From the NCBI GenBank assembly GCA_030390025.1, contig CM059432.1:39744001-39808000 (forward strand): DNA of 64,000 bases. The letters are read 5' to 3'. The position numbers and the translations under genes are program-made. Origin of the DNA: Squalus acanthias (Eukaryota). Positions within the stretch are counted from its first letter, which is position 1, and each line of letters starts with the position of its first letter. The notes beneath the pieces are model-generated. The model had not been told where the DNA came from. It was given only the letters and a program-made list of their open reading frames with translations, and made no database searches. Shown piece by piece: positions 26,000 through 38,556 of this stretch.

Positions 26000-26500
26000 C
26001 CTCATGGGGTTTATAGAGCACCTAGGCATGGCACACAAGCTCAAGGGTTGTAATTTTAATCCAGATCCAGTTTCTTTCTGGTCCCAGTCCTTCCAGCAGT
26101 TATACAGCATGGAAGAATACATTTGTACAACTTGTGTGGGATGTGGTCTTTGCACATATCTAAAGCTGGTACTTGACCATGCGAAGATAACAGACTCCCG
26201 TATGTACATGGGGATGTCCTGCCTGAGGGACGTGCCTTCCGTTTGAGAATAGTTAAGCATATGCCCAGAGAGTTACTCTGATTTTCTGATGCTGGAAGTG
26301 AGGTGGTTAGGTTAGTTAATATTCAGTAGTATGTCCTTGGCATGCAGGGATATTTTGTGGTTCAGCCTTCCAGTCTGCTTTGCATAGGCGTTTGGATTTG
26401 CTCTGCTGAATGTCATTAGCAGTACTATAGCCTAAGCAAAGAGTGGAAATAGAGGACATCCCTGTCTGGTCCCTTGAAGGAGAAACAACACAGAGGAAGC
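26000..26500 (-). pseudogene. Possible highly decayed L1-clade RT fragment
   Basis: Minus-strand GTRQGCPLFPL near 26440-26475 resembles the L1/Tx1 motif GTRQGCPLSP; little other support. Confidence 0.35.
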
Positions 26501-28480
26501 TAAGGCCATTACATTATTCAGTTTTGTCTCATACTTTAATTTTAGTTTAAATAATTTTATTTTTTAAATCATGCTGTGCTTAGTATTAAATGGAAAATCA
26601 TTCATTTACTCAATACCCGTCTGCCACAATAAATAAGAAATTTAAGTTCTTCCAGTTTCTCTGGATTACTATCTGAACCTCAGCTGAACTCATTTTACAA
26701 ATGCTTCATAATCATAACAACACTCACATTTCTGCTTCCACAGCATAACAAACTCATATTTTTTTGATGTATGAATCACCAACAGTTGGTAATGTCTCAG
26801 AGGAGACCCAAGAATCTGTTGGGGGACTTGTGGGTGTTCCCCTTTGTTTGGCTGTATTGCAAAATGAGTTGTGGCACAGTGCTGAACACAGTCTCCATCA
26901 CGAAGTGTGGAAGACTAAAAGAATTCTGCAACAAGTACAGAAGCAGCAAAACCATTTTTTATTTAAAAGTTCAAAAATAAAAAAAATTCTTGACAATGCC
27001 AGCCTGACCCTTTAAGACACATACCACCGAAAGAGCAGCTGAGAAATAAGTAGCTCCAGGTTTTTTTATGGGGCCAGTCAGCCCCAATCTGCACTTGGCA
27101 CTATTAGAGATAATCTGTGTGCAAAGCCTTCCACCTCAATTTGCATGCAATTTGCATCTTCAGACACACGTCAAATGTACACACCAGAATCGCCATTGAG
27201 GAAGGTTCAAGTACAGCGCTATTCTGGAGCAGAATGGGGACAAAAGGTTAGCACTCGCTTTTCCACTGCCATGTTTTGGGCTCTATCTGAGAAGAAGAAA
27301 ATTGGTCCTAGTATTTTTGTACATATAAGCCGTCTTAAAATGAGATATAATGCATAACTGCAGACCACTACTTCAGCTATCGGACATACATGCTGTATGA
27401 GTTAGCAGTGCCAAATCTCCTCTCATTCCACCCTACCAATGCTCACCCGCCCACTTGACGTACCCCTGACCCCATCCCAGATCCCAGGGAACCTGCATTT
27501 AACCATTCTCAGCAGGCACACATGCCACTTATGGTACAAGTGGGGCACTCACCTCAGGGAGAAGGTTGGAAATTTACTATGGTGCTTTCCTGCAACCACG
27601 CAATAATCTTCAAAAGTTTTTAAAAGTGCCCCCATTTTATTAACTTTTAATAAGTTGGTTTCCATACTACCCAGTGTTGCTATGGTGCAGATCGTGGGGA
27701 ATGTGCCATATACACCTCCCTCATTTGCACGGTGTCTAAATACACTTGCTCATTTGTGTGGCATCATATACTTAACCAAATCCACAGGAAATTTTAATCG
27801 ACGGGAAAACAGGTGGGGACTTGGTGTGTCCAGGCCCCGGTCCAATTTCCACCTTTGTCCAGAATGTCTTTACACCGACAAAACAGAGGAAATTCAAACC
27901 TTTTTGTTATCTTGTCAATCACGATTTCACTTCATGTCTTGTATTAATTGTTATTTTTGCATTATTTTTGTAACATCTTTGCTAATGTTACGTTGTAAAA
28001 AAAAATTAAATAAGTAGTTTAAAAAAATGTAAGAGAAATAGAACTGGACCAGATATTTCCAATGCATGGTTAATGTATGATTGAGTCAGGGCCCACAAGT
28101 CTGGATCCCACTGTACAGACCGTGTGGTTAAATCCTGTCAAGATTGGTCGGTGGTGCACTCACGCTCATAAAGCATTATTCACGTTAGAGTTACTGTGTA
28201 AGTGTTCACTCACTTTCTGTATATCACAGAAATGTGAACAGAGGACTCCTCTGAGCAGACGAAAATCCCATGTTATAGTGGCAAGTGGCCACTACTATCT
28301 GTGGAAAAGATGTGAGTTATGGAAAAAGCCTTAGCTGTAATAAACCTCAACTTACATTTCTTCAGCTCTCCTCGTGTAAAAATAAAACATCTCACAGCAC
28401 TTTACAAGGCAAAGGAAAAAATGAACGGCAAATAGGAGAGGAAAGGGAAATAGATGTTGGATCCAGGCTGAAGAAAAAGG

Positions 28481-28618
28481 GAGGCTAATTTTCACTTTGG
28501 GCGCATGCAGAAATCTAGCGGTTGCAGATTGGTGGCCCGCCCTATTTTCCTTTCCATTGACTTCAATCTGATCCACAACCGTCAGTTTTCCAACCGTGCC
28601 CAAAGTGAAAATTACTCC
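28481..28618. mobile_element. Short MITE with ~20-bp terminal inverted repeats
   Basis: TAATTTTCACTTTGGGC ... GCCCAAAGTGAAAATTA. Confidence 0.6.
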
Positions 28619-28734
28619 ATGACCTTCACACAAGCAGGCTTTTCATGGGGCTGCTGTTGGGGCTAATTTAGCAGTGAGTCCATCTACAGATCACACTGGC
28701 TGTAATTTAAATTGGACATAGCATGAAAACTGTC

Positions 28735-28961
28735 TGACATGAATTTGTCATTCATGAAAGAAAGACTTATGAAATAATACTGAGTGGCCTGCGGGTGGCA
28801 CTGTCCAGGGAGAGTATAAATACTCGGGCATGGGCCCAGCTTGCGCAGGACATTCTTAACAGGAATCAGTGAAGGACACAACTAGACCTCCATGTTGTAA
28901 AACAGTTGATTAAAGCTTTGTTTAACGCTTAGGCCAAGTGCCTAGTAGTTTTCTTACGTCA
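28735..28961 (+). mobile_element. Solo LTR (227 bp), copy 2
   Basis: TGAC...GTCA ends, 5-bp TSD CTGTC; homolog of 13215-13443. Confidence 0.85.
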
Positions 28962-30124
28962 CTGTCTGAGGTAGTTTTATTTGAATTGGGACAAATTCTG
29001 GAAACATAATTCATGGCACATATGATATGTAAATACCATTACAAGGAGATTGGATTTCTGCAAGTTTGGGGATGTTATAAGTGATATTTAATGGCCCATA
29101 TTAAAGAACCACTTCCTGAAGTATTTTTATTGCAGAGCAGTTTCTATGGCAGCTGAAATGACTTTAAAACAGTGCATACAAGACTGTTTTAAAGTCTCCA
29201 CCTTTATTTACCTCAGTTTTCAGCTTCCAGAACCTCCCTCACTAGCTGGAGAATATCCATACAAACCAGTTAGTGAGACTGTTTCACTGTCTGTATGAAA
29301 GTAGGTGGAAATACTAGACACTGGAGACTATGGCGACGCTGCCAGTGAAGGAACAGCTGAAAACCATTTACTTCCCCAGCACATGCATTGCCCTACACTG
29401 TGAGTTTGCTGCCAACTTTAGAGCTGGTGTTGACTTCAAACCGTGAAAGTAAGTAAGCCACAAAGTAGTTGTAAGTCAACAATTCAAGAAATACAAATGA
29501 ATGCTTTCATTGGTAAAGAGGCAGTGCTGAACCAAATTATGAGATGCAATTAATCCTGGAGATTAAGTGAAGTTAGAGAGGTATTCATAAATGTGCAACT
29601 GCATAAACTGTCCATATAAAGTAAACTAATAGCCACATTGAACTTGCTGGTAATATGCATCAGCTGTATTTAAAGCTTGGTTTATTCCTCAAATTCACAT
29701 TCATGTTTCTTGAATTGCACCAAATCAGTGTAAATTCACAACAATCTGATTAAGGCTGCACCTTTAAGCAGTGCATTGCTTGAGAGCAATCAATGTTCCA
29801 GCACACTAGGAAAATATTTCCTTTGTTCACTATGTGTGGCAAAATGGTAAATTAATTTATGAATAACATGTTTACAGTTTCCCTACACAGTGCACAGAGG
29901 AACTCTTTTCCCACTGAATTAGAATAAAATGCAAATTTGTGCCAGTGATTTTCATGCCTTTGTCACCTCCTGATTTGACTATTCGAATGCGCTCCCGGCC
30001 GCCCTCTCATCCTCCATCTTACATAAACTTTAGCTTGGTCTTGGTCTTCCATCACCCCTGTCCTCACTGAGTTACACTGACACCCGGTCCTCCAACACCT
30101 CAAATTTTACTTTCCCAGCAGCAC

Positions 30125-31485
30125 TGTAAGATTCTCAAAATTCACAGATCCCCCAAAACTCGAAGACATACCCTAAGGAAAAAGACTTTGGACTCTTTTT
30201 CTAACTATTACAGGTGGTGAAATGCATTGGGCTTAACCGAAGAACATTTTAGAGTGAAAACCAAGATTTGGTATTTTAAAAGACATGTCTGGACTTGTGA
30301 GGGAGAAAAGGCTGTAAAGGAAGGTGGGCTCATCCTCTGTAAAGACAGTTTGGATATTGGAGTTAATGGGAACTGTCTGGGGAACCGCATGACCTCGCTT
30401 GGAGTTAAATCGTCCCCTAGCAGACATTAACATCCTAACAATACCGGAGGAAAAACAGTCTCCACCCAAATTTACAGAGCCCATTAAAGACATGCATAAA
30501 ACAGAGACTCTATAGAAATCCTAGGCCCAGTCAAGAAACCCAAAACATGAGGACAATTCAAGACACATTAAACAACAGATCGACAGGATGGAGCTACCCC
30601 AAAATCACTTCGCACATTTACAAACCAGTTACTGTTAACGAGCCCTCCAAAATCTTACAATGACCGGGATTTGATTTGGCATGCAGATAAGGAAGCTTCA
30701 ATGGGTATAATTAAAGGCCCGTTCTCAACAGTTCAAGTTCGAGTTCTCCAGTACAGGTACACAGTTCAGCAGTTACAACAAGTTCCCTACAAGTTCAAGG
30801 GTGGAGCAGTTACACAGTTACAGCAAGCAGCAGGGAGTTCAGCAAGCAGTCCGGCAGAAGGCAGTTCCACAGTTCTGCAAGAAGGCAGTTCCACAGCTCT
30901 GAAGAAGACAGTTCAACAAGGCAAGGGGGCAACAGAAAGAAGTTCAACAAAGAAGGCCAGCAGCTCCAGAAGCAGGCCGACACACAAGAAGAGACCAGAG
31001 CGACCGCCTCAGTGACCATCGGACACCTCGCGGCAACAAGGGCCTTACGAAACTTTTTACTTAACAGGACTCTAAACCCTACCTCTAACCAAAGAAAAGT
31101 GGGTACTCACCCGATAAATCCAATCCAGCGAACCCCGAAACCGCAAACCATCTCAACTGTCAAGGATTCGTTTGGTGAGCATTATCCCTGGTTCTCCAGA
31201 GTCCAACTTAGCTAGTGAAGTGGGATTGGGAGGGGTGAAGTATTCTTCTAATGTTATTTCCCTCACTTGTCCCAAAGTGTTCCCCACTTTTAGAGTATTA
31301 AGAGTGTTTGTGTTGTGTTTTACTTTCTTGAATAAAGACCAAAGTTCTTGCATCAAAACCAGTTATCTGCTGCACCTTTTGTCACAACCCCCAAATAAGT
31401 CCAAGGTCTAGAACCAAGGGAGTGGGAGCGATTCGAACCGCTCAGAAGTCAGAGGTGAAGCTGACACAAACCACCACCCCCTACA
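30125..31485 (+). mobile_element. Long solo LTR A (1361 bp)
   Basis: TGTA...TACA ends, 4-bp TSD GCAC, TATAAT ~30706, AATAAA 31331; 3' part homologous to LTR B. Confidence 0.85.
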
Positions 31486-32885
31486 GCACTATACCATACA
31501 ATGGCATGTAGTGACTGCTGAAATGTGTTACAAAGAGTGTCTTACAGATTTCAAAATCTGTTTCTTCTCATTGTGTTTCCATAGGGTGACCTGAGGAGCA
31601 GCTGCTCACAGGCCCAGAGGCACAAGGGCTCAGTCACTCCTGCACCACACAGTACCACTCACTCAGCCTACAACAGCAACAGGCCAGAAATATAGAGTTA
31701 GACAGCACCGGGTGAAACACAGCATGAGTGAGAAGGCGCAAGCGTAGGTGGCAGCAGAAGGGCAGGAAGAAGTCAACTGGAGGGCTAGCCCTCAGATGCT
31801 GAGCTCTGGAATTGGCATCAGGCAGTACTTGCCTATTAAATAAGTTTGTTTTCTGAGTACCATCTATTCATTGTATCCTTTAAGAGTATGCCAAGAACAC
31901 TTGGCATAGCATGAGGATTAGTATTGGGAAGTCCATTAACTGCATCTGTGCAGTGACATTTGACTGCTTCACAGAACTGCTGTCCCCTAGGAGCATGTGG
32001 CATCTCTAGGGGCATCAGTGGGGCAGCCCCTTTACCCGAGGTCCTAAGCACAGCTGTGGACTCCCTCAGAAATAGCATAAACTGATGTTACAGAGACCTT
32101 GGGTTTTAATCTTTGTGACTCAGTTCTTTCAGGATTCTCCATGCTAGGGGATTGTCCAGTCAGGATGTTGGTGCAGGGCTTCCAGAGCCTCATGTCAGTT
32201 CAGAGGTCTGCCCCATGCAGATAGCCGAACATGCTAAGAGAATGCCCAGCAGAAGGGGAATGGTAGTTGGAGGCAGGAATGAGGGAAATGTCTCTCAAGA
32301 CGAGTCATTACCCCATCCCACCCAGCCACCCATTCAAAGGACTCATGCAGATCTAGGAAGTGAGCAGGGCCAGGCATCCACCACAGTAGCATAAGTGCAG
32401 GAGGAGGTTAATGAGCCACCCCGTCCCAGGAAGAAGAAGACAGGCAGCCAGCCACTTCACTTCCTTCTCCCACTAGAATAGGAGCATCAGGTTAATTAGT
32501 ACGTGATTCTACCATACACTGCCACCAAGGTGAAGCACCAGGGAAAGAAACAGTAATTGCACATAAGAAACACCTATTTCTCATAAATAAATTGTGTACT
32601 TTTGCACTTGACTGTGGTGCTGGGAGTTACTGTTGTGTTCGACTTTTCTGCTTGAGCACGTGCTGGATGTGCATTTGTGTTGGGAGAAGTATATTATGGG
32701 GCCATGATGTTACATGGGATTGGTGTGAGAATCCATGGGGAATATAATATAGAAATTCATGTTCGAAGGGGGCTTCCAAATGTGAAGAGAATTGATTGTC
32801 CAGTAACCGTTGGTGGATTTCCTGGGCATGTTGATGCTGAAGCTGATAAATCCTGAGGCTCAGCTTCATTACCAACATCTTCATC

Positions 32886-35800
32886 TGTAGGCTTCGCAAA
32901 ATCCCCCAGAAACTCGTATAGAACCCTAAAAGGGGTGATTTTTGGATTTTTCATACGAATTTGGGATGATGGGACCTAAATGTAGCGATTTGAGGCAAAA
33001 AACCTCAGTTTTGGACATTTTTAAGGATCAGGGAAGAAAACCCCTGAGGAAAATGACTTTTGGATATTTACTATTGGGAAAAAAACCTTTCACAGAGACA
33101 AGACAGGCTGCGGAGGGGTGTGGTGAGGCAGTGGACAGCTTTTGGTATTGGGGCCCAGTCAAGCTGTCTGGAAAATGTTTGCACTGCAATCCAAGCAGGA
33201 AGAAGAGCCTCACCCAAAACCTCACAAACACATCCAAAATTGAATAATTCAAGACCCCTTTTTGAATATCCCCAGGCCCAGACAGGATGCTAGAAGCCTG
33301 AAAACAATAAAACATCCAGTACACCCATCACAACCCAATTAGCCAAGTATCTACAGGGACAGATTAACAAGCCCGCCAATAACCTAAGACAAAGGGGGCG
33401 AGATTTGGCACATAGATAAAGGCCCTGCCTAAATGGAAGACATCGGAAGCCATCAGGACAAGTAAACATAAAGTTGAAGCCATGAAAACTTAACGAGCCC
33501 GCCAAAACCTAAGACAATGGGCCTGAAACAGTATAATTGAGGGCCTATTCCCCCAGCACACACAGCAAGCTACTCACCGCTACAGAGGGCCACATGACAC
33601 GAGCAGGAGGAGGAGAGAAGCAGCAAGGCCACGGCTTGGAAAACCTCTCCGGAAGCAGCAGGAAGACCCAACATCACAGCGAGGGGGCACGGTGGGGCAG
33701 GCTCGACCGAAGACGACAAGGCCGCAACCGCAGCCCTACACAAAGACCGACCACGAGCACCGCGGTAACCAAGGGCCGGGTAAACCATACCTTCAGATCA
33801 TTACCACCACTCAGGTAATGATCTAGGCCGCCGCGACCGAGCCGACACCAAAGACCGCCAACCGGACCCCAACAAAACTCGATGACCAGACCACCATCGG
33901 AAGAACAAAACCCGAAGTTTCCACTCTACAAGGTAAAGTACCCAACAAAGACTTTATTTTCCCTATTTCTAACTAAGAAAAGTGGGTACTTACCAGACAA
34001 ATCCATAACCGCGTCCTACCGCATCTGCGGACTCCACCCGACTGAGGAGCCCTCGCAGATTCCACAGACCGGTACCACGTGGGGACGGCAGGCCCCAAAG
34101 GACAAAAAGAGAGTACCCCAAAATCGCAATCAACTTACCTGGCTGGATTTCGAACTGTCAAAACCCCTGTTTGTGAGCATTATCCCTGATCTCCTGAAAT
34201 CAAAACTTAGCTAGATAGTGGGATTTTTGGGAGGGATAAGGTTTTTTTTGTATATTGTCTTTCTCCCTCGCCTGTACCATGTGTTGCCCAACCTGTTTAT
34301 GTAAGGGTTTTGCCTTGTGTGGCTCTGTGCTCAGCCTGGGTGCTAGTGCGAGGTTAGGCCTTGTTGCCTGTTCTGGCCTCCAGCCAGTCTGGGAGCACTA
34401 GACACCTGTGAGTGGTTCGACCCACTCGCCCTTACGGTTCTGACACTGGACTTAGATGCGAGAGCAGTAATGGAGAGAAGACTCAGGTAGACCCGGTTGA
34501 ATGGTACGAAATGGAAAATCTTTATTGCATATTATCCAAGATTACGAAATACATGTCATAAGCACAGATTAATGACAGTACAATCTTACACGCAGTTATG
34601 TAACTAATTTCAGGGAAACGAGGAACGAACGACACATCATAAATGGGGGCACACATTACAGTTATCCTTAAAACTTAAACCCTCCCCTATCAATACCTGC
34701 TCTAAACTAGACTTGTAGGATCGAGACTCATGCTCACCACTCGTGATAACTCGGAGAATTCCGAAAACTCTGATCAGATGTTTTTCACCGCAGCACCTGA
34801 TCACCCACGTGTTGATCAGGGGTCTCTGTACCCCACTGGTTTACTCGTTTCGGCTCCGGCTAGCAGGCTGGACCGTCTGCTGTCATGAAGATCTGTGTTG
34901 TCCTCGGAGTTCCGACTCTACTCAAAAAAGAGTCTTCCTGTGCCCTTGCACTGATGCGATAAAATTCGAAGAATAGTCTTCCTGCCAGTTCTGTAAAATT
35001 CAAAGATGGTCTTCCTGGGCAAGGAAAGTGTCTATTCGACCTACAGGCGCGGTCGGGGCTTACTGACCGTGGCGATACGTATGGTCGTCTTCTTCTCTTC
35101 TCATCTCATCTCATCTCATCTCATCTCATCTCATCTCATCTCGGGCCTTCGGTTCCAACACCGTTTACCGACTTCTCGGGATGGTGTGCCCGTTCCAAGG
35201 CTTCACAGCCCAGTTCCACACAGATCTTCGCGGCAAGCCACGAGGCAAATCCTGGCGGATCGTAAAGTTCAACCGTCTTTAAAAGCTGCAAGAGGCAGAG
35301 ACACGAGGCAAGCGGCAAGAGGCAGGAGAATAAGAGAAAGATGGACGGTTGTAGCTTACAGTTATAGTGCAAAACTCTTCTTTTCCCGCCCAACCTTAAT
35401 GTCTTTTCTTTTGTTAGGGTTTTGGCGCTCAAATTTCTTGTATAGGGTGATCTCCGTTTTAATGGGTTTCGGGGATACTCGTAACTGTCTGAGTACCTGT
35501 TAATACTTTTCCCAATGTGTAACCGGTCGGTATTCTCCCTGGAGGGGTTTTGGGGCTTCCAAATGTTTTCTGTAACTACCCGCTAACGGGTCTCTCATCG
35601 TAGAGTCGGGGGGATTTTGCATATTAATGTCTTTGGATGGGTTCTTGATCACTTGGTACAATAGCCCTTATTCGCACCTGGGAGACCGATTTCAGTATTT
35701 ATGTGTATACTGCAAACCCATGATGTCTTGTGTATTATCTCAAATGTGCTGAGTCTTGATCGATCTTGCACAAATGTTTATTGGAACGCCATCTTGTCTG

Positions 35801-36169
35801 CTTATCGAAAAGTCTAGAATGTTCTGCCACGAGGCGTGGCGGCCATTTTACAGGCTGCTTGTGTCCACTTTGAAAACCTGACAGCATTCTGCTGAAATAA
35901 AGCTGTTTGAACGAAACTATGTGTTTTCTCCTTATTTATAAAATCGCGATATATTGCGACTTCTACATTTAAGTGTTAAGTGTGTTTTAAGTTTGTTACC
36001 CTTTTACTTTTAATAAAAGTCAAGACTCTTTCATCCAAACCTGTTGACTACTGCATCTTTGTTCACAACCCCCAAATAAGTCCAAGGTCTAGAACCAGGG
36101 GCGTGGGAGCGATTCGAACCGCTCACTGAGTCAGAGGTGAGGCTGACCCCTACCACACCACCCCCTACA
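32886..36169 (+). mobile_element. Long solo LTR B (~1.6 kb excluding nested LTR C)
   Basis: TGTA...TACA ends, ATC on both sides, TATAAT ~33533, AATAAA 36012; last ~150 bp closely similar to LTR A. Confidence 0.8.
34300..35967 (-). mobile_element. Long solo LTR C (1668 bp) nested antisense in LTR B
   Basis: TGTA...TACA ends, 4-bp TSD TTTA, minus-strand AATAAA at 34521-34526, (TCTCA)n at ~35096-35142. Confidence 0.85.
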
Positions 36170-36554
36170 ATCAGCACCTTCGTGGCTTTCCTTCTGCCCC
36201 TGCTGGATGGTGAGTCATCTCCAGACAGTAAAATTGTGTAGAATGCAGCAGATAATTATAATTTTGGACATTCTCATCTCCCGGGCTACTTCAGACAGCT
36301 GAATCTTTCTTTGAGTAGTCTAATTGCATGTTGTTTGTAGAGGCATTTCCCTCATTATATTTTGTTTCAGCTGCAGTTCCCCAGAGGAGTATCCTTCATC
36401 AGCCAGAATCTATCCATTTAGAGCAGAATGGCTTTGAAATAAGAGAGGCACTGTGGACTGCTGTAGAATAAATGCATCGTGGCAGTTTCCAGGGTACCGA
36501 GCATCTACCTGAATGATGCAGCCCAATGGTCACATATAACCTGCATGTTGTCAG

Positions 36555-37240
36555 AACAGAATCCTTGTATTTACATAGATTTTACATAAAATGTAATGTA
36601 CAGAAACGAGTCATTCGGCCCAACTGGTCCATGCTGATGTTTATGCTCCACACGAGCCTCCTCTCACCCCTCTTCATATAATCTTATCAGTATTTTTTTT
36701 AATTCATTCATGGGATGCGGGCATTGCCAGTAAGGCCAGCATTTATTGCTCTTGAGAAGGTGGAGGTGAGCTGCCTTCTTGAACCGCTGCAGTTTTTCTT
36801 AGCGATTTGGTACAACTGAGTGGCTGAGCCATTTCAGAGGGCAGTTAAGAGTCAACCACATTGCTGTGGGTCTGGAGTCACATATAGGCCAGACCGGGTA
36901 AGGACGGCAGATTTCCTTCCATAAAGGACATTAGTGAACCAGATGGGTGTTTACAACAATCCAATAGTTTCATGGTCACCATTACTGATACTAGCGTTTT
37001 TCCAGATTTATTTCATTAAGTGAATTTAAACTCATGTCTCCAGATCATTAGTCCAGGGCTCTGGATTACTAAACCAGTAACATAACCACTATGCTACCGT
37101 TCCGCTGCATATCCTTCTATTCCTTTCTCCCTCTTATGCTTATCTAGCATTCCCTTCAATGCATCTATGCTATTTGTCTCAACTATTCCTTATGGTAGTG
37201 AGTTCCACATTCTAACCACTCTCTAGGTAAAGAAGTTGCT
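36555..37240 (-). mobile_element. CR1 3' fragment split by the SINE at 36703-37101
   Basis: CR1 3'UTR (cattcggcccaac..atgctccacacgagcc) and gagttccacattctaaccactct. Confidence 0.7.
36703..37101 (-). mobile_element. tRNA-head SINE whose 3' tail matches LINE family B
   Basis: Minus-strand head ggtagcatagtggttatg..ctggactaatg..gagtttaaattc; tail cttgagaaggtgg..gagc..cttgaaccgctgcagt shared with 37405-37510. Confidence 0.7.
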
Positions 37241-37404
37241 AATTTCTTCCTTGGATCCTTGCTGTGCGCAAATTGTCTGCTGCAATTCCCTACATTATAA
37301 CAGTGACTACACTTCAAAAATATTTAATTGGCTGTAAAGTGCTTTGGGATGTCCTGAGGATGTGAAAGACACTATAAGAAGGGAAGCTATTTCCATTTTT
37401 CTTT

Positions 37405-38556
37405 TATTCGTTCATGGGATGTAGGCGTCTCTGGCAAGGTAGCATTCATTGCCCATCCCTAGTTGCCCTTGAGAAGCTGGTGGTGAGCCGTCTACTTGAA
37501 CCGCTGCAGTCTGTGTGATGAAGGTACTCCCACAGTGCTGTTAGGGGGGGAGTTCCAGGATTTTGACCCAGCGACGATGAAGGATCGGCGATATACTTCT
37601 AGGTCAGGATGGTGTGTGACTTGGAGGGGAACTTGGAGGTGGTGGTGTTCCCATGTGCCTGCTGCCCTTGTCCTTCTAAGTGGTAGAAGTCGTGGGTTTG
37701 GGAGGTGCTGCTGAAGAAGCCTTGGCGAGTTGCTGCAGTGCATCTTCTGGATGTTACACACTGCAGCCACGGTATGCCGGTGATGGAGGGAGTGAATGTT
37801 TAAGATGGTGGATGGGGTGCCAATCAAGCGGGCTGCTTTGTCTTGGATGGTGGCGAGCTTCTTGAGTGTTGTTGGAGCTGCACTCATCCAGGCAAGTGGA
37901 GAGTATTCCATCACACTCCTTACTTGTGCCTTGTAGATGGTGGAAAGGCTTTGGGGAGTCAGGAGGTGAGACACTCACCACAGAATACCTAGCCTTTGAC
38001 CTGCTCTTGTTGCCACAATATTTATGTGGCTGGTCCAGTTAAGTTTCTGGTCAATGGTGACCCCCAGAATGTTGATGGTGGGGGATTCGGTGATGGTAAT
38101 GCTGTTGAATGTCAAGGGGTGGTGGTTAGACGCTCACTTTTTGGAGATAGTCATTGCCTGGCACTTCTGTGACGCGAATGTTACCTGCCACTTATCAGCC
38201 CAAGCCTGAATGTCATCCAGGTCTTGTTGCATGCGGGCATGGACTGCTTCATTATCTGAGGAGTTGCGAATGGCACTGAACACTGTGCAGTCATCAGCGA
38301 ACATCCCCACTTCTGACCTTATGATGGAGGGAAGGTCATTGATGAAGCAGCTGAAGATGATTGGGCCCAGGACACTGCCCTGAGGAACTCCTGCAGCGAA
38401 GTCCTGGGGCTGTGATGATTGACCTCCAACAATCGCAACCATCTTCCTTTATGCTAGGTTTGACTCCAGCCAGTGGAGAGTTTTCCCCCCGATTCCCATT
38501 GACTTCAGTTTTACTAGGGCTCCTTGATGCCACACCTGGTCAAATGCTGCCTTGAT
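37405..38556 (-). mobile_element. CR1-clade LINE family B, 3' 1.15 kb
   Basis: [26 protein letters not shown]; 3' tail catcccatgaacgaataaaag. Confidence 0.9.

Noticed and set aside
30671..31015. Q/S/K-rich 114-aa ORF in LTR A as a viral accessory protein
   Set aside because: Non-ATG start, built from short internal repeats, and not conserved in LTR B
30125..36169. LTR A and LTR B as the two ends of one provirus
   Set aside because: LTR A has its own TSD, the 5' parts differ, and the intervening DNA is Harbinger-derived with no PBS or gag-pol
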